Shown: piece by piece, positions 7,910 through 17,233 of the stretch | Position numbering within the stretch: position 1 is the first letter of the stretch | Layout of the letters: every line of letters begins with the position of its first letter | Source: Candidatus Poriferihabitaceae bacterium | GTDB taxonomy: Bacteria > Pseudomonadota > Gammaproteobacteria > Arenicellales > Poriferihabitantaceae | Assembly: GCA_965262585.1 (NCBI GenBank) | Contig: OZ253546.1 | Span: 2,437,894-2,501,893, forward strand | DNA: 64,000 nucleotides | Direction of reading: 5' to 3' | Notes under the pieces: model-generated | The model's database searches: none | Told to the model about the DNA's origin: nothing | What the model saw: the letters and a program-made list of their open reading frames with translations, nothing else | Translations under genes and position numbers: made by a program

Positions 7910-10687
7910 TTAGTCTTCCGAGTCGCCGCCGATGCGACACAAGCCGTGCAGGTCGCACTGCGCGCAGATGCTCGGGTTGAGCGGATCGACGCGCGCTTCG
8001 CCGTCGAGAAATTCCCGCGCCAATTCGGACAACGCCGCGCGCCAATGCGCCATCAATTCATCCCAGTCCGCAAAATCGTTTTTCAGCGTGCTGCTTTGCA
8101 GCGCATGCACTTTGGGGGCGAACTCCGCTTCACGGGCGACTCCGTTGAAACCGCAATCCCCCCGGCGCACCCGTCCGTAGGCAACGGCTTCCACGGCGGT
8201 TTGCCGTGCCAGTGCATACAACGGCAACTGCGGGGATTGCGGACGCGCGCCGCCCCAGTTGGCGAGGCTGGCCGGGAGGCCGGTTTTATAGTCGATAAGC
8301 GCAAGGCCGCCGCTTTCCATCTGATCGATGCGGTCCATCTTAAAGGTCAGTTCCAAGCCGTTCAGGTCGAGGGTGGTTTCGGTTTCGGTTTCGCCAATCA
8401 CAAACGCACCGGGGCGTTGTTTTTCCATCTCCAGCCATTCGGCAACGGTCGCGCTTGCCCAGCGGATTTGGGTTTGGTGGAAGCGTTCCCCGCAACCGCT
8501 CGACACTCGATAGCGTCGCGCAGATTGTTCAACGGCGGCATCGACAATTTCTTGCAGTCGTTCGGGCGGTAACTCGTGCAGTTCCTTTGATGAGTGAATT
8601 TCCTGCCAGACCAGTTGCAGCGCATGATGAATCAGCGTGCCGCGTTCCCCGGCCCCCAGCCCTTGTTCGTTTTGCTCGATTTCCCGTGCCCCGAGGCGGT
8701 GTATCGCAAAGGCGCGAAACGGGCACTTGGCTTGATTTTCAATCAACGAAATGCCGCCCTTGACCGCACCTGCAGCGCAGGTCGGCCCGTGGGTATCGAT
8801 GAACGCCAACAGTTCGGGTTTGCTGCCGTGGATGAAGGCTGCCGGTGTGTCGAAGTCCGCCGCTGTGACATCCTGCGGGTTGTCGAATGTCGCCGCCAGC
8901 GCGCTCGGCTCCGTTGCGACTTCATCGACCTGTTGTGGATATGAGAGGACGACTTCCGTGCCGCTTGCGATGAGCCGTTGTTGCTGAGTGGCGGCGTATT
9001 CGTTATTGGCTTCCAGCGATGCGTCAAAAACCCCGGCTTGGCGTTGCAGGGGGAGGGCGATGAACGGATTGGGGCGCTGCGCCGGTGGCCAGTGGGCTTC
9101 CACCAGTTCGCCAAACCAGATGCCGTCGAATTGCTGTCCGGCGGCCTCCACAACGCCGAGTACCTGAACCTGCGTGTCCCCGGCTTGTACCTGAAACGGC
9201 TGCTCGTCAACCCTACGCCGCAGCCATCCCAATGCCGTGGCGGCGTTCATCGGCGCGCCGGTGAGGTCGAGCAGGGCGAGGTTTCGCAGTTGTCGGCGAA
9301 AGGCGCGCCCGGCTTGAAATTCATCGCTGTCCAGTCCGCGCTCGCCGGGCCATCCCAGGGCATCGAGCCATTGCCCGAAGTGTTGGGCCCAGTGGGCGGC
9401 GGATTGAGATTTGCCGCTATCTTCGAGCAGCGGCAGGGCGGCATTCAAGGCTTCAATCAGCAGTGGGCAATGGGGGCCGTGGGCGTTGCGTTGGTCGGGG
9501 GCAGATTGGTCGGGGGCGGGCAACTCTTTGAGAAACTGCCGAAAACGAATTTGCCACGGTAACCATCGGCGACACCACGCTTCCAGTTTGGCGCGCGCCA
9601 CCGCTTCCCGGTCGGCGCCGTGAATGAAGGGCGAGCGCATCAGTCGGCAGAGGGAATCCACCGGCAACAATCCGCCCGCCATCGGCGCAAGCGCATCCAT
9701 TGCAGCCCGCGCCACCGCATAACTGCCAAGATTTTTCCCCAGCGAGAGATGCCAGGGCAGGTCGGTGCTCAAGCCGGGTTCGGCGAGTTGTTGCGGGCAT
9801 AGGAGTTGGTGCAATGCGTATTCGATGGCGGTGGCGGATTTGTTGAGATCCGGGGCGATGATGGCGAGGCGGGCGGTGGGATTGGCGAGCAGTTTTTCCC
9901 GCGCCCAGCGCGCCGCGCTTAACCATTGAATAGCCTCGTTGGGATAGCGGTGAAATTCAACTTTTTGGTTGATCGGTGTATCCGGCGCGCCGATTTGGAT
10001 GGCAACGCCGGATTTTTGTAACGTCTCGATGAATGCGTGTTGCTGAGGGAGTAGGTGGTCGAAACCGGCCAATTCGATGTTGGCCAATTCAATGCTGACA
10101 AATCCAATAGACCCGGCAAACAGGCCCGGCGGGTAGCCGTCGTCTCCGAACTGGTCGCGCAAACGCTCGCGCAACCGATCCGCCAGACAATGCGGATCAG
10201 TCCAGTTGTTGGTCGCGCATAGTTGCTGAAATTGCCGCGCCCAGCGCACCATGCATTGATGATCTTCCCGAGGGGATTGGGCGCATTGTTCGAGGTCGAT
10301 GCGCCATGCGTTGAGGATTCGCCATGCGCCGACTGCGGTTTTGGCGGTGGCGTGGATATTCCACAACGGCTCATCGCCGCGCATCCGGCGATGAATGTCG
10401 GCGCGGATGATGTCTTCCCACGCCGCCACAACCTGCGTTTCATCCAGCAAGGTTGCGCCCGGCGTGGTGCCGAGGTTTTGCCAGATACGCCGCAGCCAGT
10501 TATCCCACGACAGTACATCCGCGCTTTCCCATGCCGTTTTGCCGAGGGAAAGTTGATGCCGGTCGAATTGCGCCCGTAGTTCGTGCGCAAGTCGTGCGGT
10601 GGCGGTGATGACGGTGTTGGCGTTTAGCGGTTGCGTGATGGCCGGGGCGGGGGAATCCAGTGGAATAATCCCGGCGTAGCCGGTCAT
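7910..10687 (-). CDS. addB: AddB-type nuclease subunit (PD-(D/E)XK with a C-terminal Cys cluster)
   Basis: The track ORF 7910-10819 overlaps phhB. The internal ATG at 10687 (MTGYAGIIPLD) lies 9 nt after the phhB stop. Nuclease motif LALIDYKTG. Terminal cysteines CAQCDLHGLC plus upstream CPFRAF fit an AddB Fe-S cluster. Confidence 0.8.
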   Translation of the reverse strand: MTGYAGIIPLDSPAPAITQPLNANTVITATARLAHELRAQFDRHQLSLGKTAWESADVLSWDNWLRRIWQNLGTTPGATLLDETQVVAAWEDIIRADIHRRMRGDEPLWNIHATAKTAVGAWRILNAWRIDLEQCAQSPREDHQCMVRWARQFQQLCATNNWTDPHCLADRLRERLRDQFGDDGYPPGLFAGSIGFVSIELANIELAGFDHLLPQQHAFIETLQKSGVAIQIGAPDTPINQKVEFHRYPNEAIQWLSAARWAREKLLANPTARLAIIAPDLNKSATAIEYALHQLLCPQQLAEPGLSTDLPWHLSLGKNLGSYAVARAAMDALAPMAGGLLPVDSLCRLMRSPFIHGADREAVARAKLEAWCRRWLPWQIRFRQFLKELPAPDQSAPDQRNAHGPHCPLLIEALNAALPLLEDSGKSQSAAHWAQHFGQWLDALGWPGERGLDSDEFQAGRAFRRQLRNLALLDLTGAPMNAATALGWLRRRVDEQPFQVQAGDTQVQVLGVVEAAGQQFDGIWFGELVEAHWPPAQRPNPFIALPLQRQAGVFDASLEANNEYAATQQQRLIASGTEVVLSYPQQVDEVATEPSALAATFDNPQDVTAADFDTPAAFIHGSKPELLAFIDTHGPTCAAGAVKGGISLIENQAKCPFRAFAIHRLGAREIEQNEQGLGAGERGTLIHHALQLVWQEIHSSKELHELPPERLQEIVDAAVEQSARRYRVSSGCGERFHQTQIRWASATVAEWLEMEKQRPGAFVIGETETETTLDLNGLELTFKMDRIDQMESGGLALIDYKTGLPASLANWGGARPQSPQLPLYALARQTAVEAVAYGRVRRGDCGFNGVAREAEFAPKVHALQSSTLKNDFADWDELMAHWRAALSELAREFLDGEARVDPLNPSICAQCDLHGLCRIGGDSED

Positions 10688-10695
10688 TATGCGGT

Positions 10696-11010
10696 TTATT
10701 TCGAAATTCGCCCAAGCAGGGCTTCCATATGCCCGGCAAGGTCGAAGTCGAGGCGGGTGATGCCGCCGGATTCGTGGGTGGTCAAATCGACGCGAACGGT
10801 CTTGTAAACATTGAACCACTCAGGATGGTGATTCATTTTCTCCGCCACCAGAGCGGCCCGAGTCATAAAGCCAAATGCTTCGATAAAGTTCCTAAAAATA
10901 AAGGTCTTATGAAGTTTTTCGCTAGTAATTTCCCACTGTTCGACAGCGTCTTTATTGAGCCGCTCGAGGGATTGGCGAATGGCTTCGGCGGATAGTTTTT
11001 CTTCGGGCAT
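10696..11010 (-). CDS. phhB: Pterin-4-alpha-carbinolamine dehydratase
   Basis: 104 aa. [38 protein letters not shown] is the typical PCD/DCoH signature. Confidence 0.9.
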   Translation of the reverse strand: MPEEKLSAEAIRQSLERLNKDAVEQWEITSEKLHKTFIFRNFIEAFGFMTRAALVAEKMNHHPEWFNVYKTVRVDLTTHESGGITRLDFDLAGHMEALLGRISK

Positions 11011-11068
11011 GGTTTTGGGTAGGGTAATAAATTTGAGTATGTAACAGTGTCATTATACAGCCTGCCAA

Positions 11069-11884
11069 CTACGCCATTGGCGTCAGTCCGCCATCAATCC
11101 ACAACTGCCCGGAGATGGCCGGGTTTTCGATGAGCAGGCACACCGCAGCGGCGATCTCATCGGGCTCGATTATTCGTCCGAGGGGAATCAGCGGCTTGAT
11201 GTGGTTTTCAAAATGGCCTTCGGGCAGTTGTTCCAGCATGGGCGTGTTGACCATTCCGGGGTGGATGATTTTGCTCTGCACGCCGTAAAACATACCCTCA
11301 ATGTTGAGCGTGTTGGCGGCGGCGTTGAGCGCGGATTTGGCGCAGGCGTAGGAAATCTGCCCACGATTGCCGCGTGAGGAAACCGAGCCTATCAACACTG
11401 CCGAGCCTTGAATGGCCTCCTCCGTCTGCCATTTTTTCAAACCAGATTCACTACGCTGCTCGGCGATGCGCGCCAGCATTTGCATAATCCAATACACCGG
11501 ATGCAGCAGGTTCACTTCCAAAACCTTGCGAAAAACCTCCTCGTCATACAACTCCGCCTTGCCGGTGTCGCGGTTCATCTTCACCGCCAGAGCGTCGCGC
11601 AAAATCCCGGCGGCGGGAACGCAAATGCGCACCACATCGCCACTGGTTTCCATCTCAGCAAAAACTTCGGCGCGAAAATTGGAGTCGCACACATCGCCGC
11701 AAAACGCCCGTGCCACTTGCGTCCCGGTTTCGCGATTCACCGCCTCGGCACTTTGCGCGCAACCTTCTGACACATCCACTATAGCCACGGCGCGCGCGCC
11801 TTTTTGCGCCAGTTGCCGTGCCACCGCAAGGCCGATGCCGCCGCTCGCCCCGGTAACCACCGCCACCTTGTCTTTGATTTTCAT
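11069..11884 (-). CDS. Short-chain dehydrogenase/reductase (SDR)
   Basis: The start is trimmed to MKIKDKVAVVTGASGGIGLAVA (ATG at 11884). The TGxxxGxG and YACAKSAL (YxxxK) motifs are present. The longer track ORF (to 12124) overlaps the upstream gene. Confidence 0.85.
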   Translation of the reverse strand: MKIKDKVAVVTGASGGIGLAVARQLAQKGARAVAIVDVSEGCAQSAEAVNRETGTQVARAFCGDVCDSNFRAEVFAEMETSGDVVRICVPAAGILRDALAVKMNRDTGKAELYDEEVFRKVLEVNLLHPVYWIMQMLARIAEQRSESGLKKWQTEEAIQGSAVLIGSVSSRGNRGQISYACAKSALNAAANTLNIEGMFYGVQSKIIHPGMVNTPMLEQLPEGHFENHIKPLIPLGRIIEPDEIAAAVCLLIENPAISGQLWIDGGLTPMA

Positions 11885-11903
11885 AGTGCCGCAATCTTCA
11901 TAA

Positions 11904-12923
11904 TCAAGACTCGCTTGCCGCCCCGCACAAAGCGCGAATCTTCGCCACCAGAGCGGCGTTGATGGCGCGCGGGCCGAGGTTTTTGCGATTGTCGTGGCGG
12001 CGTTGTCCGGGCAGGCGCACGCCGTCCAGCGCGTCAAGGCGGGCAAAAAACTCTGCGGCGTGTTGTTCCCAGCCCGAGCCGGCGATGCGTTGTGGCGACA
12101 ACGCCAGCAAGAACTCGCCGCCACGCGGTGGGCCGCCGTCGTGATTATCGGCTTCCCGTGCCTCGTAACTAAATCGTTCGCCGAGCAACCCCGCCGCCAG
12201 CAGTTCGATCATCAGCGAAATAGCCGAGCCTTTATGCCCGCCAAACGGCAGCAACACGCCGCCGTCGGCAATCTTCGCCGGGTCGGTAGTCGGCGTGCCA
12301 TCGGCGGCAAGCCCGGTGCCGGGGGGAACATCGTGGCCGTCCCGTGCCGCGATCTGTATCTCGCCCATAGCCATGGATGCGGTGGCCATGTCGTATACCA
12401 CTGGAGTATCGCCGGGGCGCGGCCACGCAAAAGAAATCGGGTTAGTGCCGAACAGCGCAGTCGCGGCACCCGCCGGAGCCACCATCGGCATATAAGCAGT
12501 GCAAGCGAGTGCCGCAAGGCCACGTTCCGCCAACGCCTCGGTTTCATGCCACAACGCCGCAAAATGATGAACGCGCACCACGGCAAGCACCGCAACCCCG
12601 CACTGTGTCGCGGCTTCAGCCAACGCCGGTATGCCATGCTGCAACGCTGTCGGCGCAAAGCCACCATCGCCATCCACGCGCATCAACGCCGGAGTCACCG
12701 ACTCAACACGCGGCACCGCGCCGCCATTAACCTTGCCACTACGCAACGCCGCCACATAACCCGGAATCCGAAACAACCCATGCGACACCGAACCATCGCG
12801 CTCAGCATGCGTGACGGTAGTAGCCACCGCATCAGCATTGGTTTGGTCGCAACCGTTGTCGATAAGACAAGCGAGTGCGAGCGCGTGAATTTGCTCCAAA
12901 GTAAGAGTTTCAATATCCGGCAT
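11904..12923 (-). CDS. Ldh_2 family (malate/L-lactate/pyrroline-2-carboxylate reductase type) oxidoreductase
   Basis: 339 aa. HAERDGSVSHGLFRIPGYV and FGGHKGSAISLMIELLAG are typical of the Ldh_2 family. Confidence 0.8.
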   Translation of the reverse strand: MPDIETLTLEQIHALALACLIDNGCDQTNADAVATTVTHAERDGSVSHGLFRIPGYVAALRSGKVNGGAVPRVESVTPALMRVDGDGGFAPTALQHGIPALAEAATQCGVAVLAVVRVHHFAALWHETEALAERGLAALACTAYMPMVAPAGAATALFGTNPISFAWPRPGDTPVVYDMATASMAMGEIQIAARDGHDVPPGTGLAADGTPTTDPAKIADGGVLLPFGGHKGSAISLMIELLAAGLLGERFSYEAREADNHDGGPPRGGEFLLALSPQRIAGSGWEQHAAEFFARLDALDGVRLPGQRRHDNRKNLGPRAINAALVAKIRALCGAASES

Positions 12924-13012
12924 AATAATTTTCTGGTCGAGTTAAGCCACGGAACCACACCCCGCAATTATCCCGGATTTCCCCCGCCACGGGAAGACCG
13001 ATTACGCTTTGC

Positions 13013-14046
13013 CGTCATTCTCGTGCCGCCAAGTCGTTATTTCCGCGACAGCGGGAATGACGAGTTGGGGGACACGGGAATCCAGTACAACATGCCGGCG
13101 ATAGCCGACTCCTTATTAGCCTTCTGGATTCCCGATACGATGAAAAATATGGTCGCTGGCGCTCCCTATTTTTCTATCGTTCGAGAATGACGCACTTTTG
13201 ATATTCCTCGTTTGCGGATGAGGACAAGTCGCGGCCTGTCCCTACGGGGGAAAACATAAGCCCGTCATTCTCGTGCCCCCAAGTCGTTATTCCTGCGACA
13301 GCAGGGATGACGAGTTGGGGGACACGGGAATCCAGTAAAACATGCCGGCGAATGCCGACTCCCTATGCCGTTATTTCCGCGACAGCGGGAATCCAATGAA
13401 ACATGCCCGGCGAATGCCGACTCCTTATTTGGCCTTCTGGATTCCCGATACGATGAAAAATATAGTCGCTGGCGCGCCCTATTTTTCTATCGTTCGAGAA
13501 TGACGCACTTTTGATATTCCTCGTTTGCGGATGAGGACAAGTCGCGATGGGTACTACGAAAAAACCACAATCTCGTCATTCTCGTGCCCCCAAGTCGTTA
13601 TTCCTGCGACAGCGGGAATGACGAGTTGGGGGACACGGGAATCCAGTAAAACATGCCGGCGAATGCCGACTCCCTATGCCGTTATTTCCGCGACAGCGGG
13701 AATCCAGTGAAACATGCCGGCGATAGCCGACTCATTATTGGCTTTCTGGATTCCCGATACGATGAAAAATATAGTCGCTACCGCTCCCTATTTTTCTATC
13801 GTTCGGGAATGACGCACTTTTGATATTCCTCGTTTGCGGATGAGGACAAGTCGCGATGGGTACTACGAAAAAAACCACAATCTCGTCATTCTCGTGCCGC
13901 CAACTCGTTATTCACGCGACAGCGGGAATAACGAGTTGGGGGACACGGGAATCCAGTAAAACATGCCGGCGATAGCCGACTCCCCAGGCCCGTCATTCTC
14001 GCGAAAGCGGGAATCCAGCAAAAACAAGTCCGGCGTTAGCCGCTCC
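13013..14046 (+). repeat. Array A of the mosaic palindromic repeat family (about 3.5 tandem composite units of 249-311 bp, ATTCCC-N8-GGGAAT-like cores)
   Basis: Units start with CGTCATTCTCGTGCC at 13013, 13262, 13574 and 13885. 18-bp-stem hairpins with a GACA loop lie at 13029-13068, 13279-13318, 13590-13629 and 13900-13939. CGGGAATCCAG/CTGGATTCCCG inverted pairs are present. The same modules recur reverse-complemented at 40565-41874. Confidence 0.9.
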
Positions 14047-14083
14047 TTTGCGTATAATTATTCGATTTTTGTGAGGGGTTGGT

Positions 14084-15244
14084 ATGCGGGGTGATTTTTC
14101 ATTGCGGGCGTTTATGGCGGGGGTTCTTGCTGCTTTTGTTGGGTTTTCGAGTTCATTTGCTATTGTGGTGCAGGGCTTGCAAAGCGTTGGGGCGAGTCCT
14201 GTTGAGGCGGCTTCGGGGTTGATGGCGGTGACGATTTCTATGGGGTTGTGTGGGATCTTTTTGAGTTTCAAGACGGCTATGCCGATTAGCGTGGCGTGGT
14301 CGACGCCGGGTGCTGCGTTTCTTGCCACTTTGAGCCCGCCGGACGGGGGGTTTTCGGTGGCGGTGGGCGCGTTTGTGGTGACTGCCGTGCTTTTCGTGGT
14401 TACCGGTATGTGCAAACCCCTCGGACGCGCGATCTCGGCTATTCCGGCACCGCTTGCCGGGGCTATGCTGGCGGGGGTATTGCTGCCGCTTTGCCTCGCG
14501 CCTTTTGTGGCGGTGGTGGAATTTCCCTTGGCGGGGTTGGCAATCATTCTGGCGTGGGCGGTGGTCGCCCGCATCAACCGCCTGCTTGCCGTGCCAACTG
14601 CGGTATTCGTGGCGGCGGTGTTGATTGCCACCACGGTCTCCATGGACACCGCCGGCATAAACTGGTGGTCGCCGCCGGTGGTGGTGGTTCCCCAATTCAC
14701 CGCATCCGCCGTCATCAGCATTGCGCTGCCCTTGTTCATCATCACTATGGCCTCGCAAAACATCACCGGCATGGCAGTGCTAAGCAGTTTCGGATACCGT
14801 CCCGACTCCGGGTCGATGTTCCGATGGACGGGCTTGTTCAGCCTCGCTTCGGCGCCTTTCGGCGGCCATGCGGTGAATTTGGCGGCCATCACCACGGCCA
14901 TTTGCGCCGGGCATGAGGCGCACCCGGACGCCAAGAAACGCTATTGGGCGGCGGTGGTCGGCGGTGCCGCCTATGTGGGGTTTGGCTTTGCGGCGGTGGC
15001 GGCGGTGGCATTCATCAGTTTATCGCCGCCGATTCTGATTGCTTCGGTGGCGGGCCTCGCCTTGTTTGGCGCGCTGGCCGCTTCTCTGATGTCCGCCTTG
15101 TCTTCGGAAACCGACCGGGAGGCTGCGCTCATTACCTTCCTGATTACCGCATCGGGAGTTACTTTGTTTGGCATCAGCGGGGTTTTCTGGGGGCTGCTGG
15201 GGGGCGGGGCGCTTTATTTCTGGAACCATCGGCGAGAGTCTTGA
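14084..15244 (+). CDS. benE: BenE-family benzoate membrane transporter
   Basis: 386-aa polytopic membrane protein. The N-terminus FMAGVLAAFVGFSSSFAIVVQGL is BenE-like. Confidence 0.75.
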   Translation: MRGDFSLRAFMAGVLAAFVGFSSSFAIVVQGLQSVGASPVEAASGLMAVTISMGLCGIFLSFKTAMPISVAWSTPGAAFLATLSPPDGGFSVAVGAFVVTAVLFVVTGMCKPLGRAISAIPAPLAGAMLAGVLLPLCLAPFVAVVEFPLAGLAIILAWAVVARINRLLAVPTAVFVAAVLIATTVSMDTAGINWWSPPVVVVPQFTASAVISIALPLFIITMASQNITGMAVLSSFGYRPDSGSMFRWTGLFSLASAPFGGHAVNLAAITTAICAGHEAHPDAKKRYWAAVVGGAAYVGFGFAAVAAVAFISLSPPILIASVAGLALFGALAASLMSALSSETDREAALITFLITASGVTLFGISGVFWGLLGGGALYFWNHRRES

Positions 15245-15283
15245 AACTCGACCTGAAACTCGACCTTAATGGCCGTGGTTTTT

Positions 15284-15292
15284 TGTTATAAT
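15284..15292 (+). promoter_or_regulatory. Candidate extended -10 promoter (TGTTATAAT) for petABC
   Basis: TG-N-TATAAT at 15284-15292, about 135 nt upstream of the petA start. No convincing -35 element. Confidence 0.3.
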
Positions 15293-15428
15293 GCGCCGCT
15301 TGCCGAACCTGCCCGGCTGTGAGTGTCGAGAATGTTGATAATGACAGTCGCAACCAAGGGCGCGGAACGAATTTTCTTTTTCCTTATGTCCAGTGTCTAT
15401 TACCGGGTCAATTCACGGAGGCCGATGT

Positions 15429-16007
15429 ATGACCGACGAACCTGTGGATAACAAACGGCGGCGTCTGCTGACGGCGGCCACCACCGGCGTGGGGCTGGTC
15501 GGCACCGGCGGTATGCTGGTGCCTTTCGCCGGCAGCATGTTGCCGAGCGAAAAGGCCAAGGCTTCCGGCGCGCCGGTGGAAGTGGATATTAGCGACATCA
15601 CGCCGGGCCGACAGATTACCGTGAAATGGCGTGGCAAACCGGTGTGGATTATTGGCCGCTCGCAAGAGGCGCTGGATTTTCTGGCTTCCATGGACGATTC
15701 CCTCGCCGATCCAAATTCAGAATTCGACCAGCAGCCCCGCTACGCCCGCAATAAATACCGCTCCATCAAAAAAGAAGTACTGGTGCTGGTGGGAATCTGC
15801 ACGCACCTCGGTTGCTCGCCCAAATACCGCCCGGAACTGGCGGCGGAAGCCGACGGGGCGTTTTTGTGCGCCTGCCACGGCTCGCGTTTTGATCTCGCCG
15901 GGCGGGTATATCGCAATGTGCCTGCGCCCACCAATCTGGTGGTGCCGCCGCACCGCTATCTGTCGGACAGCGTCATCCTCATCGGCGTAGACCAGGAGCC
16001 CGCCTGA
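15429..16007 (+). CDS. petA: Ubiquinol-cytochrome c reductase Rieske iron-sulfur subunit
   Basis: ATG at 15429 is preceded by GGAGG (15417-15421). Tat-like RRRLL signal. Rieske boxes CTHLGC and CACHGS are present. Confidence 0.9.
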   Translation: MTDEPVDNKRRRLLTAATTGVGLVGTGGMLVPFAGSMLPSEKAKASGAPVEVDISDITPGRQITVKWRGKPVWIIGRSQEALDFLASMDDSLADPNSEFDQQPRYARNKYRSIKKEVLVLVGICTHLGCSPKYRPELAAEADGAFLCACHGSRFDLAGRVYRNVPAPTNLVVPPHRYLSDSVILIGVDQEPA

Positions 16008-17233
16008 TGCGCCTGATGAACTGGATCGACGAACGCTTCCCGGCCACCAAAGTTTTCAAGGAGCACCTGTCCGAATACTACGCGCCGAAGAATTTCAATT
16101 TCTGGTATTACTTCGGTAGCCTCGCGCTACTGATGCTGGTGGTGCAAATCGTCACCGGCGTGCTGCTGGCGATGAACTACAAGCCGGATGCGGAGACCGC
16201 GTTTGCCTCGGTCGAATACATCATGCGCGATGTTTGGGGCGGCTGGTTCGTGCGGTATATGCACTCGACTGGCTCGTCGTTCTTCTTCATCGTCGTTTAT
16301 CTGCACATGTTTCGCGGGCTGTTGTATGGTTCCTATCGCAACCCACGGGAACTGCTGTGGATTTTCGGCATGGTCATTTATGTCGCCATGATGGCGACCG
16401 CGTTCTTCGGCTACCTGTTGCCGTGGGGACAAATGTCGTATTGGGGCGCGCAAGTCATTGTTAACCTGTTCGACACCATTCCCTGGATCGGGCCGGTTCT
16501 GGCGGAGTGGATTCGCGGCGATTATGTAATCTCCGACATCACCCTCAACCGCTTCTACGCCTTCCACTATCTGGTTCCGTTCATTCTGGTCGGGCTGGTG
16601 TTCCTGCATATCGTCTCGCTACATAAAGTCGGCTCCAACAACCCGGACGGCGTGGAGATTAAGCAAGGTCCCAAAGGCAACCAATGGAGCGCCGATGCGC
16701 CCGCCGATGGCATTCCATTCCACCCCTATTATTCGGTCAAGGACACTATGGGCGTGGCGGTGTTTATGGTGTTCTTTCTTGCGGTGGTGTTTTTCATGCC
16801 GGAGATGGGCGGCTACTTCCTGGAGCAACCAAATTTCGAGCCTGCCAATCCGCTGAAAACCCCGGAGCACATCGCCCCGGTGTGGTATTTCACGCCGTAT
16901 TACGCAATCCTGCGGGCGGTGCCGAGTTTCGCCGGCACTCAGGTCTGGGGCGTGCTGGCGATGTTCGCCTCCCTTATATTGTTCTTCTTTCTCCCCTGGC
17001 TCGACCGCAGTCCGGTCAAATCGATTCGCTACAAGGGCTGGATGTGCAAAGGGTTTCTCAGCGTGTTCGCAATCTCCTTCCTCGCCCTGGGTTATCTCGG
17101 CACTCTGCCACCAACCCCGCAACTGACCCTGCTGTCGCAGATTTTTACCGCATTGTATTTCGCCTATTTCCTGTTGATGCCGTGGTATAGCAAAATGGGC
17201 AAAACCAAACCGGTGCCGGAGCGAGTGACTTAA
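16007..17233 (+). CDS. petB: Cytochrome b
   Basis: 408 aa, overlapping the petA stop. It carries conserved cytochrome b segments (WNFGSL-like FWYYFGSLAL, PEWYF-like APVWYFTPYY). Confidence 0.95.
   Translation: MRLMNWIDERFPATKVFKEHLSEYYAPKNFNFWYYFGSLALLMLVVQIVTGVLLAMNYKPDAETAFASVEYIMRDVWGGWFVRYMHSTGSSFFFIVVYLHMFRGLLYGSYRNPRELLWIFGMVIYVAMMATAFFGYLLPWGQMSYWGAQVIVNLFDTIPWIGPVLAEWIRGDYVISDITLNRFYAFHYLVPFILVGLVFLHIVSLHKVGSNNPDGVEIKQGPKGNQWSADAPADGIPFHPYYSVKDTMGVAVFMVFFLAVVFFMPEMGGYFLEQPNFEPANPLKTPEHIAPVWYFTPYYAILRAVPSFAGTQVWGVLAMFASLILFFFLPWLDRSPVKSIRYKGWMCKGFLSVFAISFLALGYLGTLPPTPQLTLLSQIFTALYFAYFLLMPWYSKMGKTKPVPERVT

Noticed and set aside
10688-10819. N-terminal extensions of track ORFs (addB to 10819, SDR to 12124, plsC-like from 20950, livG-like from 26431, SDR from 32043, CoA synthetase from 34043, hslU from 19680, petA from 15393)
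   Set aside because: The extensions overlap the preceding gene and have Arg/Pro-rich non-homologous sequence. Internal starts coincide with the beginning of homology and with stop/start coupling or an RBS.
13013-14046. Possible CRISPR array
   Set aside because: There are no short constant repeats alternating with unique spacers, because every module recurs. Unit length is 250-311 bp, and no cas genes are present in the window.
15242-15265. Tandem 12-bp duplication TGAAACTCGACC x2 at the benE stop, and the NSMT-coding 12-bp repeat at 26674-26710
   Set aside because: These have only two to three copies each and no associated structure or motif. They are probably slippage scars.
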